Source of the DNA: an uncultured Lachnospiraceae bacterium
GTDB taxonomy: Bacteria; Bacillota; Clostridia; Oscillospirales; CAG-272
Reading direction: 5' to 3'
Assembly: GCA_964426285.1 (NCBI GenBank)
Contig: CAYRQA010000001.1
Location: 1-39,688, forward strand
Length of the DNA: 39,688 nt
Each line of letters begins with the position of its first letter. Positions within the stretch are counted from its first letter, which is position 1. Under the pieces are notes generated by a model. The model was not told the origin of the DNA. It ran no database searches and saw only the letters and a program-made list of their open reading frames with translations. Below, in pieces: positions 19,234 through 26,785 of this stretch. Made by a program: the position numbers and the translations under genes.

Positions 19234-19941
19234 TCAGTTCCAGCGGCGCTTGTCATAGACCCGCACGGTCAGGAAGAGAAATACGAAGGAGATCGACACA
19301 TAGTAGACGATCGCATTGAAATCAAAGATCCCGTAGGTGAAGTTGACAAAGCGTTCCATGATCGACACCCAGTTGAGCATCGAACGGATGATATAGCTGT
19401 CAATGTAGCTGTTGAGCGCCGAAGTCATGACGAAGGCAAGGATGATCGCCATCGTGCCGAGCGCCGCGATGAGCTGGTTCTCGGTGAGCGAGGAGATGAA
19501 CACGCCGATCGCGATGCAAGCCGCACCTGCCAGCAGAATGGCAAGCGACGAGCCGAGCAGAATGGCGGGATTGGGCGAGCCGTACTGATAGAGCACGAGG
19601 AAGTTGAGACAGGAGATGAGATAGGTCAGTGCAAATACGGTATATGCGGCAAAGAACTTGGCGGCGACCATGCCCATCAGACTGACGGGCGAGGTGAGCA
19701 GCAGTTGTTCGGTGCGCATTCTCTTTTCATCGGCGAAGAGCTTCATGGTCAGCAGGGGGAGCACGATGATAAATGCGTACATCAGTGCGCTGAAATAGGA
19801 AGCGACCGAGCTGTTTGCCCCTGCCTGAAGCGTGAACATTGAAAATACCAATCCGCTGAAGCAGAGGAAAACCGCCACGAAAATATACCCGATGGGCGAT
19901 ACGAAATAGGAGCGAAGCTCTCTTTTATAAATAGCTAACAT
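19234..19941 (-). CDS. ABC-2 family permease (GldF/NosY-like)
   Basis: MLAIYKRELRSYFVSPIGYIFVAVFL... with six hydrophobic segments. The ATG directly abuts the ATPase stop (TAA-ATG), and AAGGAGG lies inside the ATPase 3' end. Confidence 0.8.
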   Translation of the reverse strand: MLAIYKRELRSYFVSPIGYIFVAVFLCFSGLVFSMFTLQAGANSSVASYFSALMYAFIIVLPLLTMKLFADEKRMRTEQLLLTSPVSLMGMVAAKFFAAYTVFALTYLISCLNFLVLYQYGSPNPAILLGSSLAILLAGAACIAIGVFISSLTENQLIAALGTMAIILAFVMTSALNSYIDSYIIRSMLNWVSIMERFVNFTYGIFDFNAIVYYVSISFVFLFLTVRVYDKRRWN

Positions 19942-20937
19942 TTATGCGTCCTCCTTGCCGTTCTTGGCAGTCTCTCTGGTACGGCGGCGTTTTTTGCGCG
20001 AAGGTGCGGGCTCGTCGACCACCGAAATGAAGATGTCCTCGAGGCTTGCACCCATGCTCTCGATGCCGATGATGGCAAAGCCCTTCGATGCGGCGGCATT
20101 GAAAACGGGCTTGCGGATGTCGACGCCGGGCATGGCTTCGATGAGATAGGAGGTCGAATCGGCATCATGACCGCTCATGACCTCTGCATAGGTGACGCCG
20201 CTGATGCCCTTGAGCATCGATAGCACCTGGTTGGTCGGACCGCAGATCTTGACGTTCAGTCGGCGGCTGCCCTCGAATACTTTGCCGATGTCCTCGGTCT
20301 TTTCGTTTGCCACGAGCTTGCCCTTGTTGATGATGATGATGCGGTCGCAGACTGCCTGTACCTCGGGCAGAATGTGCGTAGACAGGATGACGGTATGGTT
20401 TTTACCGAGCATCTTGATGAGGTTTCTGATCTCGATGATCTGTTTGGGGTCGAGACCGACGGTCGGCTCGTCGAAAATGACGACCTTGGGGTTGCCGACG
20501 AGTGCCTGTGCGATGCCCACACGCTGACGGTAGCCCTTCGACAGGTTGCGGATGACGCGGTCATAGACGTCGGCAATGCGGACCGTCTCGGCGATCTCCT
20601 TGAGGTGCAGACTGCGGTTGAGGGTACAGCCCTTGAGGTCGTAGATGAAGTTTAAGTACTCGCGGACGGTCATTTCCATGTAAAGGGGCGGGTTCTCGGG
20701 CAGATAACCGATCTGACGCTTTGCCTCGATGGGATTTTCGAGAATATTGATGCCGTTGATCTCGGCGTTGCCCGACGTGCTCGACAGATAACCTGTGAGC
20801 ATACTCATGGTCGTCGTCTTGCCTGCACCGTTCGGTCCGAGGAAGCCGACGATCTCGCCTTCCTCTACGGTAAAGCTGATGTCATCGACTGCATATTTGT
20901 CGCCGTACCGCTTCACCAGATGTTCAATTTTAATCAT
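19942..20937 (-). CDS. ABC transporter ATP-binding protein (GldA/CcmA-like)
   Basis: Walker A GPNGAGKTT, signature LSKGYRQR and Walker B VVIFDEPTVGLD are present, with a basic C-terminal tail. AAAGGA RBS. Confidence 0.9.
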   Translation of the reverse strand: MIKIEHLVKRYGDKYAVDDISFTVEEGEIVGFLGPNGAGKTTTMSMLTGYLSSTSGNAEINGINILENPIEAKRQIGYLPENPPLYMEMTVREYLNFIYDLKGCTLNRSLHLKEIAETVRIADVYDRVIRNLSKGYRQRVGIAQALVGNPKVVIFDEPTVGLDPKQIIEIRNLIKMLGKNHTVILSTHILPEVQAVCDRIIIINKGKLVANEKTEDIGKVFEGSRRLNVKICGPTNQVLSMLKGISGVTYAEVMSGHDADSTSYLIEAMPGVDIRKPVFNAAASKGFAIIGIESMGASLEDIFISVVDEPAPSRKKRRRTRETAKNGKEDA

Positions 20938-21132
20938 AGTTGATTTCCTTTCGAATTGTATTCAGCCGCTGATTCGGGCTTGTCCGTCTCCTCTCCGATC
21001 TGCCGAAGGACTTTTCTGCGGCAAACGGGACAGGAGATGGCACTCACATCTTTCAGTATAACACTGATTTGTAAACAAATTCTGAATTTTCCTGCATTCA
21101 ATCGAAATTTTCAGTGAAATTTCACACAATAT

Positions 21133-21903
21133 TCACCCAAGCGCGATCGCCGCCGCCATTGTCCCCCGATGACCGCGGGTATAGCGATGGGAGTGATAGC
21201 GATCGGGGTGGCAACAGGTGCAGTCGGGCGAGCAATCGATCGCCTCGGGAGCGATCCCGCATTCGAGCAGGAGCGCATAGTTCATGCTCGGCAGATCGGC
21301 GTAAAAGCGCCCCTCTCGGCAGTAGACGTGCGCATCGGCAAAGGACTGCCCTCTGAGCGCCGTCACTGCCTCGATGAAGTCGCGCTGTACCTCGAAGCAG
21401 CAATCGTGGATGCAAGCACCGATCGCCACACGGATATCTTCGAGCGATGCACCGCGCTTTACCATCTCCGCCAGAGCATTGGGTGCAATGCCGCCGACCG
21501 TTCCCCTCCAGCCAGCATGGACCGCACTGACCACACCCGAATTAGCATCCGCCATGAGGATGGGCACGCAGTCGGCTGTTTTGGCGATCAGCGTTACCCC
21601 CGATCGATCGGTCACAAAGCCGTCGCAGTCGTCGAAGACACGTCCTCGGTCGGCTTCGGTCACATAGCGCACACGGGTCGAGTGGATCTGCGACGCCGAA
21701 ACACGGCTTTCGGGAGCAAGCCCGAGCGCCGAGAGGAAAATGGCGTAGTTCTGCGCCACGTTTGCCTCGCTGTCGCCCGTAGAGGTGGTAAAATTCATTG
21801 ATGCGAGGTGATCGAGACTGCTCACGCCGCCCGCTCTGGTCGAAAAGCCGTGCGGGAGAGTGATGAGCCGGGAGGTGAAGTAGCCGGGGGTGTGATAGAT
21901 CAT
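21133..21903 (-). CDS. pgeF: YfiH/PgeF (DUF152, polyphenol-oxidase-like) family protein
   Basis: Family motifs HGFSTRAGGVS, QIHS, DGFVTD, TADCVPIL, VHAGWRG, C..CCFEV and SHR are present. Start is at ATG 21903 (MIYHTP) with AAGGAG upstream. Confidence 0.85.
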   Translation of the reverse strand: MIYHTPGYFTSRLITLPHGFSTRAGGVSSLDHLASMNFTTSTGDSEANVAQNYAIFLSALGLAPESRVSASQIHSTRVRYVTEADRGRVFDDCDGFVTDRSGVTLIAKTADCVPILMADANSGVVSAVHAGWRGTVGGIAPNALAEMVKRGASLEDIRVAIGACIHDCCFEVQRDFIEAVTALRGQSFADAHVYCREGRFYADLPSMNYALLLECGIAPEAIDCSPDCTCCHPDRYHSHRYTRGHRGTMAAAIALG

Positions 21904-21940
21904 GTGGGCTCCTTGGGGTAGCTGGAAATTTGTTTTCATT

Positions 21941-22252
21941 GCCCGACGAGCATTCGTCGGGCTCAGGTTGTCGACGATAGGACTTGGGGCTTTGCCCCAA
22001 ACCCCACTTAAGGTGCTTTTTCTCGAAAAAGCACCTTAAGAATCCTTAAAAAGCTTTTTAAAAGGATGATTTTATGGATTTTCGCCCACCGTGCCGGACG
22101 GAGAATGCTTTGGTCTACAGTCTGTGCCCGACGAGTATTCGTCGGGCTAAATAAAGTTCTTGGAGGTGCAGGAATCTTCTTTCAAGAAGGTTCCTGCAGG
22201 GATGCAAGGGCAGAGCCCTTGCCGGGGTGTAGGGGCTCTGCCCTTGCATCCC
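21941..22252. repeat. Chain of perfect intergenic hairpins (multi-family)
   Basis: GCCCGACGAG-cat-TCGTCGGGC lies at 21941-21962, TTGGGGC-ttt-GCCCCAA at 21984-22000, and a 15-bp stem CTTAAGGTGCTTTTT-ctcg-AAAAAGCACCTTAAG at 22007-22040. GCCCGACGAGTATTCGTCGGGC lies at 22126-22147 and GGAATCTTCT-ttca-AGAAGGTTCC at 22171-22194. A 20-bp inverted repeat, GGGATGCAAGGGCAGAGCCC (22199-22218) / GGGCTCTGCCCTTGCATCCC (22233-22252), abuts the dnaC-like stop. Confidence 0.85.
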
Positions 22253-22253
22253 T

Positions 22254-23234
22254 TTACTTTATAATGCCCGTTTTCTGCATACGGACATCCTTCCCTTCAA
22301 AGCGCATGAAGACAAACTCTCCGAAGAGGCGGGAGGTGATTCGGTCGTTGTAACGTCCGCGCAGCTCTTCGCCCGTGAGGTTGGTGCTGATGACCATCGG
22401 CTTTCTGCTCACCAGACGGGTATTGATGAGGTTGTACAGGCAGCCGACCGTAAAGCTGTTCGACAGCTCGGCGCCGAGATCGTCGATGATGAGCAAGTCG
22501 CAGGCAAAAAAGCGGGCGGTGTCGGGGTTCATGCCATTATATGACCGACCGAAGCGCTCTGCCTCGAAAGCGGCGAGCAGATTGGGGGCTGATTCGTAGA
22601 CCACGTCATAGCCGCGACCGATCACCGTTCCCGCGATCGCAGTCGAGAGATGGGTCTTTCCGAGCCCCGTGCCTCCGCAGAGGAGCAGATTTTTCTGCGT
22701 ATCCTCGGTAAAGCGCTCGGCAAAGTCGACCGCGATCTCCTTGATCATTCGCATCGTTTCGGCGATCCGTCGGTCGTACTGGTAGTATTCGAGCTTGAAG
22801 GTGTCAAAACGCTGTGTTTTGAAAAGCTCGCCGAGCCCCGCTCGCTTCATACCCTCGCGATTGAGCGCCTGCCTCATGCAAGCGCACATTTTGGTGCCCT
22901 TGTAGCCCGTGTCCTTGCATTCCTCGCAGTCGAAATGGGGGGTATCATAGCCTGCGGGGTATCCGTAGAACTGCATACAGGCATCGCGCTGTTGCTGGAG
23001 ATCCTCATTGTCCAGACGAATGATGTCGAGCCGCTCGTTGAGGCCATCCTTCCCTTTGGCGATCTCTACCATGATCAGCGTGCCCGTTTTGGCAAGCTGG
23101 GCATCGATCTGAACGATCTCGGGACATTTCGCGTGCAATTCTTTTCGGCGGTCTGCCGAAAGCTTCAGTGCATTCTGCCGTTTTTCGGCATATTCACTCC
23201 GAACCTTCGCAAAGAGTTCATGACTGTATCCCAT
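22254..23234 (-). CDS. DnaC/DnaI-type helicase-loader AAA+ ATPase
   Basis: An N-terminal Cys cluster (CEECKDTGY...CAC) is present. Walker A is GGTGLGKTHL and Walker B is LLIIDDLGAE. GGAGGT RBS. Confidence 0.8.
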   Translation of the reverse strand: MGYSHELFAKVRSEYAEKRQNALKLSADRRKELHAKCPEIVQIDAQLAKTGTLIMVEIAKGKDGLNERLDIIRLDNEDLQQQRDACMQFYGYPAGYDTPHFDCEECKDTGYKGTKMCACMRQALNREGMKRAGLGELFKTQRFDTFKLEYYQYDRRIAETMRMIKEIAVDFAERFTEDTQKNLLLCGGTGLGKTHLSTAIAGTVIGRGYDVVYESAPNLLAAFEAERFGRSYNGMNPDTARFFACDLLIIDDLGAELSNSFTVGCLYNLINTRLVSRKPMVISTNLTGEELRGRYNDRITSRLFGEFVFMRFEGKDVRMQKTGIIK

Positions 23235-23269
23235 TCGGTTACCTCCGTTCTGATCTGAAGCGCGTCAGA

Positions 23270-24307
23270 TCAATTCTTTTGCTCGATCATATTTTTATGG
23301 AGCTCAAGGGTTCTGTTCAGCGCCGCTTCGAAAAATTCGTCGGTGTCGAAGCTGCTGAACGTGCCGCCCTTCGCCTTGGCTTCCTTCTTTTGCTTGTAGG
23401 CTTCCATGGCGGCTGCGACCTCCTCGGGCGTCCGATAGCCCGCCTCCTGCCAGTTGGAGAGCACTTTGTTTATGTAGGGCATCGAGGGGCTGCCCGTGTT
23501 GTCGACCGTCACCTCATATGCGAGCGTGAGCAGCTCGGGCGAGATCTGCCACTTCGACCACTGCGTGAAGAACTTCATCTCCCTCTCGGTGAAGCTCCGC
23601 TTGCCTGCCCCTGACAGCTGTCGGAATTTGCCGCCCAGATCGGCGGCAGATGAGAGCAGCGACAGCCGCTCCTCGAGCGCTTCGGTGGTCACGATTCCCT
23701 CCTGCCAGAGCGACTTGGCGAGCTTATCGACGTAGGGAACGCTCTCTTTGCCGATCTTTTTGCAGTAATAGCAAAGCAGGACGACGTATTCAAAGTCGAG
23801 CCGATAATACTCGGTCAGCGCCAGCAGCTTATTGATCTCGGTGGGGCTGAAGAGCTTGCCGAGAATATTCTGACATTCGTCGAGCATCCCCGAAAGCTGG
23901 GTGTTTTCGGCAAAAATGCGCTCGATCTCCTCGGCATTGTAGTAGGGTATCTCATCCGACTGCACCACCGTGACCTTTCTGCCGTCCTTCCCCGTTCGGG
24001 TGTTCACCTGAACGGTCTTGGAAGGCTCGGTCAGCGCAGACTGAGGCGCTTCCTTGTCGCTTTGGGACACTTGGTCGGTCGATTCAATCTGCAAAATGCC
24101 TGCCCCTCGCCAGAAGCCGATGGCACTGTGGAGCGCCACCTCATCAATCGAGAGTTCTGCCGCGAGTGCCGACGGGTCGAACTCGCCCGCACTTGCCGCG
24201 ATCTTCAGAAGCACCTTCAGCTCGACCCCGCCTGCTTCACTCAGCTTTTCAAGTGCCCGCGCGGGAATGGACAGTACACTGCTGCCATATTGGATGCTGA
24301 CCTTCAT
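23270..24307 (-). CDS. DnaD-domain replication protein (DnaB_2/DnaD family)
   Basis: Two DnaD-like repeats are seen: LLCYYCKKIGKESVPYVDKLAKSLWQEGI and LAYEVTVDNTGSPSMPYINKVLSNWQEAGYRT. GGAGGAG RBS. The ATG overlaps the rex stop. Confidence 0.75.
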   Translation of the reverse strand: MKVSIQYGSSVLSIPARALEKLSEAGGVELKVLLKIAASAGEFDPSALAAELSIDEVALHSAIGFWRGAGILQIESTDQVSQSDKEAPQSALTEPSKTVQVNTRTGKDGRKVTVVQSDEIPYYNAEEIERIFAENTQLSGMLDECQNILGKLFSPTEINKLLALTEYYRLDFEYVVLLCYYCKKIGKESVPYVDKLAKSLWQEGIVTTEALEERLSLLSSAADLGGKFRQLSGAGKRSFTEREMKFFTQWSKWQISPELLTLAYEVTVDNTGSPSMPYINKVLSNWQEAGYRTPEEVAAAMEAYKQKKEAKAKGGTFSSFDTDEFFEAALNRTLELHKNMIEQKN

Positions 24308-25005
24308 GGTGTCTCCTCCGTCGAGCTGTTGCCCGCTTCGATTGCCGCCGCTTTTGCCGCATCTGCCGCCAGCTCTGCCGAATGGATCTCATAGCAAAGG
24401 GTCATGAGTAGGTCGCCAAGATGCACGTTCTGCACGGGGATCTCCTCCCCGAGCTCGAGCTCCTCGCCCGTGAAGTTCCAGATACCCTTGATCGAAAGCC
24501 CGCGCAGGTTGGTGGCAACCGCCGCCGCCGCACTTTTGGGCACCGCCAGCACTGCAATGTCCACGCGGTTTTCTCTGCAGTAGGCAGACAGATATGCGCT
24601 GTCCATGATCTCGAAATTGCCCACTTTTTTCCCGATCAGGTTGGGATTGTGGTCAAAGATCGCCTTCAGAAAGACGCCCCTGCTCGAAAAAGTGCTTCCC
24701 TGCGCCAGTGCATGACCGAGGTTGCCCGCGCCGATGATGACCGCGCTGTACGCTTCCTCCGCACCGAGGATCTCACCGATCTTGCCGCACAGGTACTTGA
24801 CGTTGTAGCCGTAGCCCTGCTGTCCGAAGCCGCCGAAGCAGTTGAGGTCCTGCCTGATCTGCGATGCCGTAACGTTCATGAGCATCGCCAGCTCTCCCGA
24901 GCTGATGCGCAGGATGTTCTGAGCCAGCAGCTCCTTTAAGTAGCGATAGTATCGCGGCAGTCGGTTGATGACCGCCTTAGATACCGTGGTGTTTTTGTGT
25001 TGCAT
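24304..25005 (-). CDS. rex: Redox-sensing transcriptional repressor Rex
   Basis: The Rex winged-helix signature RLPRYYRYL...ISS.EL........SQIRQDLNCFGGFGQQGYGY is followed by a Rossmann GAGNLG motif. Start is at ATG 25005 (MQHKN) with GGAGA 5 nt upstream. An Ala-rich C-terminal extension is present. Confidence 0.85.
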   Translation of the reverse strand: MQHKNTTVSKAVINRLPRYYRYLKELLAQNILRISSGELAMLMNVTASQIRQDLNCFGGFGQQGYGYNVKYLCGKIGEILGAEEAYSAVIIGAGNLGHALAQGSTFSSRGVFLKAIFDHNPNLIGKKVGNFEIMDSAYLSAYCRENRVDIAVLAVPKSAAAAVATNLRGLSIKGIWNFTGEELELGEEIPVQNVHLGDLLMTLCYEIHSAELAADAAKAAAIEAGNSSTEETP

Positions 25006-25015
25006 ATTTATCTCC

Positions 25016-25294
25016 ATGGGGCTCCGCCCCATACCCCGCCAAGAAACCTTTTGAAAGAAGGGTATCACTTGAGCTAAGCTCAAGTGAGGATCTCCCAAAA
25101 CTTTTTGGGAAGGGATTTTTATATAAGGGCTGTGCGTGGGGTAATATTTTCGGAATAATAATAACGTAAAAAGTTTGATCTGCCCGACGAGTATTCGTCG
25201 GGCTTCATAAAGTTCTTGGAGGTGCAGGAACCTTCTTTCAAGAAGGTTCATGCCGGGATCTAAGGGCAGAGCCCTTGGTGGGGCAGTGCCCCAC
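25016..25294. repeat. Chain of perfect intergenic hairpins (multi-family)
   Basis: ATGGGGC-tcc-GCCCCAT lies at 25016-25032, TCACTTGAGC-taa-GCTCAAGTGA at 25065-25087, and TCCCAAAA-ct-TTTTGGGA at 25093-25110. GCCCGACGAGTATTCGTCGGGC lies at 25182-25203 and GAACCTTCT-ttca-AGAAGGTTC at 25228-25249. AAGGGC-aga-GCCCTT lies at 25262-25276 and GTGGGGC-agt-GCCCCAC at 25278-25294. Confidence 0.85.
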
Positions 25295-25300
25295 ATAGCC

Positions 25301-26467
25301 TCACAGCGTCTTGAGCGTATCCATTACGTAAGCGGCGAAGTCGTTGCAGGTCGCACCCGTGTCTCTGCCGGTGATGGTGAGCTTCTTTTCCTCGAACATA
25401 CAGATGTCGAGTGCTCTTGCGAGCTTATCCGATTCGGTCTGGTAGCCGATGTGCGAGAGCAGGAGCACTGCCGCACGGAGCATCGAGCAGGGATCGGCAT
25501 ACTGTGCGCGCCCTTCCTTAACCATACGGGGTGCAGAGCCGTGGATCGCCTCGAACATGGCGTACTTCTTACCGATGTTGGCAGATCCCGCAGTGCCTAC
25601 GCCGCCCTGGAATTCAGCAGCCTCGTCGGTGATGATATCGCCGTAGAGGTTGGGCAGGATGAAGACCTGGAAGTCGGTGCGGCGCTTCTCGTCGACCAGC
25701 TTGGCGGTCATGATGTCGATGAACCATTCATCGGTCATGATTTCGGGATATTCCTTTGCCATTTCCTCGCAGATGCGCAGGAATTTGCCGTCGGTGGTCT
25801 TGATGACGTTCGCCTTGGTGACGATCGAGACACGCTTCTTGCCGTTGGCGCGTGCGTACTCAAATGCGAGACGGGCGATGCGCTCAGTACCCTCGGTGGT
25901 GGTCACGACGAAGTCGATGCCGAGGTCGTCGGTAACGTGAATGCCCTTCGAGCCGACGGCATAGCCGCCCTCGGTGTTTTCACGGAAGAAGGTCCAGTCA
26001 ATTCCCTTTTCGGGGACCGATACGGGACGGACGTTGGCGTAGAGATCGAGCTCTTTACGCATGGCAACGTTCGCCGATTCGATGTTGGGCCAGGGATCGC
26101 CCGCACGGGGAGTGGTGGTCGGACCCTTGAGGATGACGTCGCAAGCCTTGAGCTCTGCGAGCACGTCGTCGGGAATCGCTTTGCCGACTGCGGCACGGTT
26201 TTCGATGGTCAAACCGTCGATCTGTTTGAAAACCACTCTGCCGCTCTCGACTTCGCCTGCAAGCAGGTCGCGCAGAACGGTCTCGGCTGCCGCAGTGATG
26301 GTCGGACCGATGCCGTCGCCGCCGCATACGCCGATGGTGATCTTATCGAGTTTGGTGAAGTCAACAGCTTCCTTGGCTGCATTGATGCGGTCCACTCTCG
26401 CGAGCTGATCTTCGAGCAATGCTCTGAATTTTTCGGTTGCTGCATTGATTTCGGTTTGGTATTTCAT
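25301..26467 (-). CDS. Isocitrate/isopropylmalate dehydrogenase-family enzyme (probably isocitrate dehydrogenase)
   Basis: GGDGIGP near the N-terminus and NLYGDIITDEAA...GG.G are present. A coiled N-terminal extension of about 40 aa precedes them. AAAGGAG RBS. Confidence 0.8.
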   Translation of the reverse strand: MKYQTEINAATEKFRALLEDQLARVDRINAAKEAVDFTKLDKITIGVCGGDGIGPTITAAAETVLRDLLAGEVESGRVVFKQIDGLTIENRAAVGKAIPDDVLAELKACDVILKGPTTTPRAGDPWPNIESANVAMRKELDLYANVRPVSVPEKGIDWTFFRENTEGGYAVGSKGIHVTDDLGIDFVVTTTEGTERIARLAFEYARANGKKRVSIVTKANVIKTTDGKFLRICEEMAKEYPEIMTDEWFIDIMTAKLVDEKRRTDFQVFILPNLYGDIITDEAAEFQGGVGTAGSANIGKKYAMFEAIHGSAPRMVKEGRAQYADPCSMLRAAVLLLSHIGYQTESDKLARALDICMFEEKKLTITGRDTGATCNDFAAYVMDTLKTL

Positions 26468-26536
26468 AGTCTTCGCTCCTTTTGTGCATTTTTCAGCACG
26501 AAATTAATAGTTATATTGATCGATCGAAGTGCGGAG

Positions 26537-26677
26537 TAATCCACATTGTCCACAGAGTTTTCCACAGGTTTCGGGTCGAAATCAATCAAAAATAGTCGAT
26601 TTTCCTCGATTGTACTATTCATAGCAGAGGAAAATCAAGGAAAATCGCGGCTGATGAGCCGATCGGGTTTATCCACA
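26537..26677 (+). promoter_or_regulatory. Cluster of four co-oriented DnaA-box-like 9-mers
   Basis: TAATCCACA (26537-26545), TTGTCCACA (26546-26554) and TTTTCCACA (26558-26566) each differ at one position from TTATCCACA. A perfect TTATCCACA lies at 26669-26677. Confidence 0.6.
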
Positions 26678-26785
26678 GGGTTATCTTCGCGCGTACCGAT
26701 TTCTAAAGATTTTCTACGATGCGCAGCGCCGTTTTGCCCGTCATTTTCACTAATTTTACAGAATATTTTTCACTTTACCAAGCGG

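Noticed and set aside
20938-21113. A riboswitch or other structured leader upstream of the gld-like ABC operon.
   Set aside because: I could not match the ~180-nt leader to any riboswitch consensus I know, and I found only weak local pairings by eye. A covariance-model scan would be needed.
21114-21125. A Rex operator upstream of the gld-like operon.
   Set aside because: The half-sites TGTGAA/TTCAC are separated by only 2 nt instead of the 4 nt in the TTGTGAA-N4-TTCACAA consensus.
21941-22252. A CRISPR array. The same question applies to the other hairpin-rich spacers.
   Set aside because: The units are different palindromes of different lengths with no regular repeat-spacer periodicity, and no cas genes are present.
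22254-24307. The DnaD plus DnaC pair as a marker of a prophage or mobile element.
   Set aside because: No phage structural, integrase, repressor or recombinase genes flank it. GC content matches the surroundings and the pair is coupled to rex. It is most simply the chromosomal helicase-loader pair.
26468-26785. Calling this spacer the chromosomal origin (oriC).
   Set aside because: No dnaA, dnaN or rpmH is adjacent, there is no convincing DnaA-trio array or long AT-rich unwinding element, and the boxes overlap a likely promoter. I report it only as a DnaA-box cluster.
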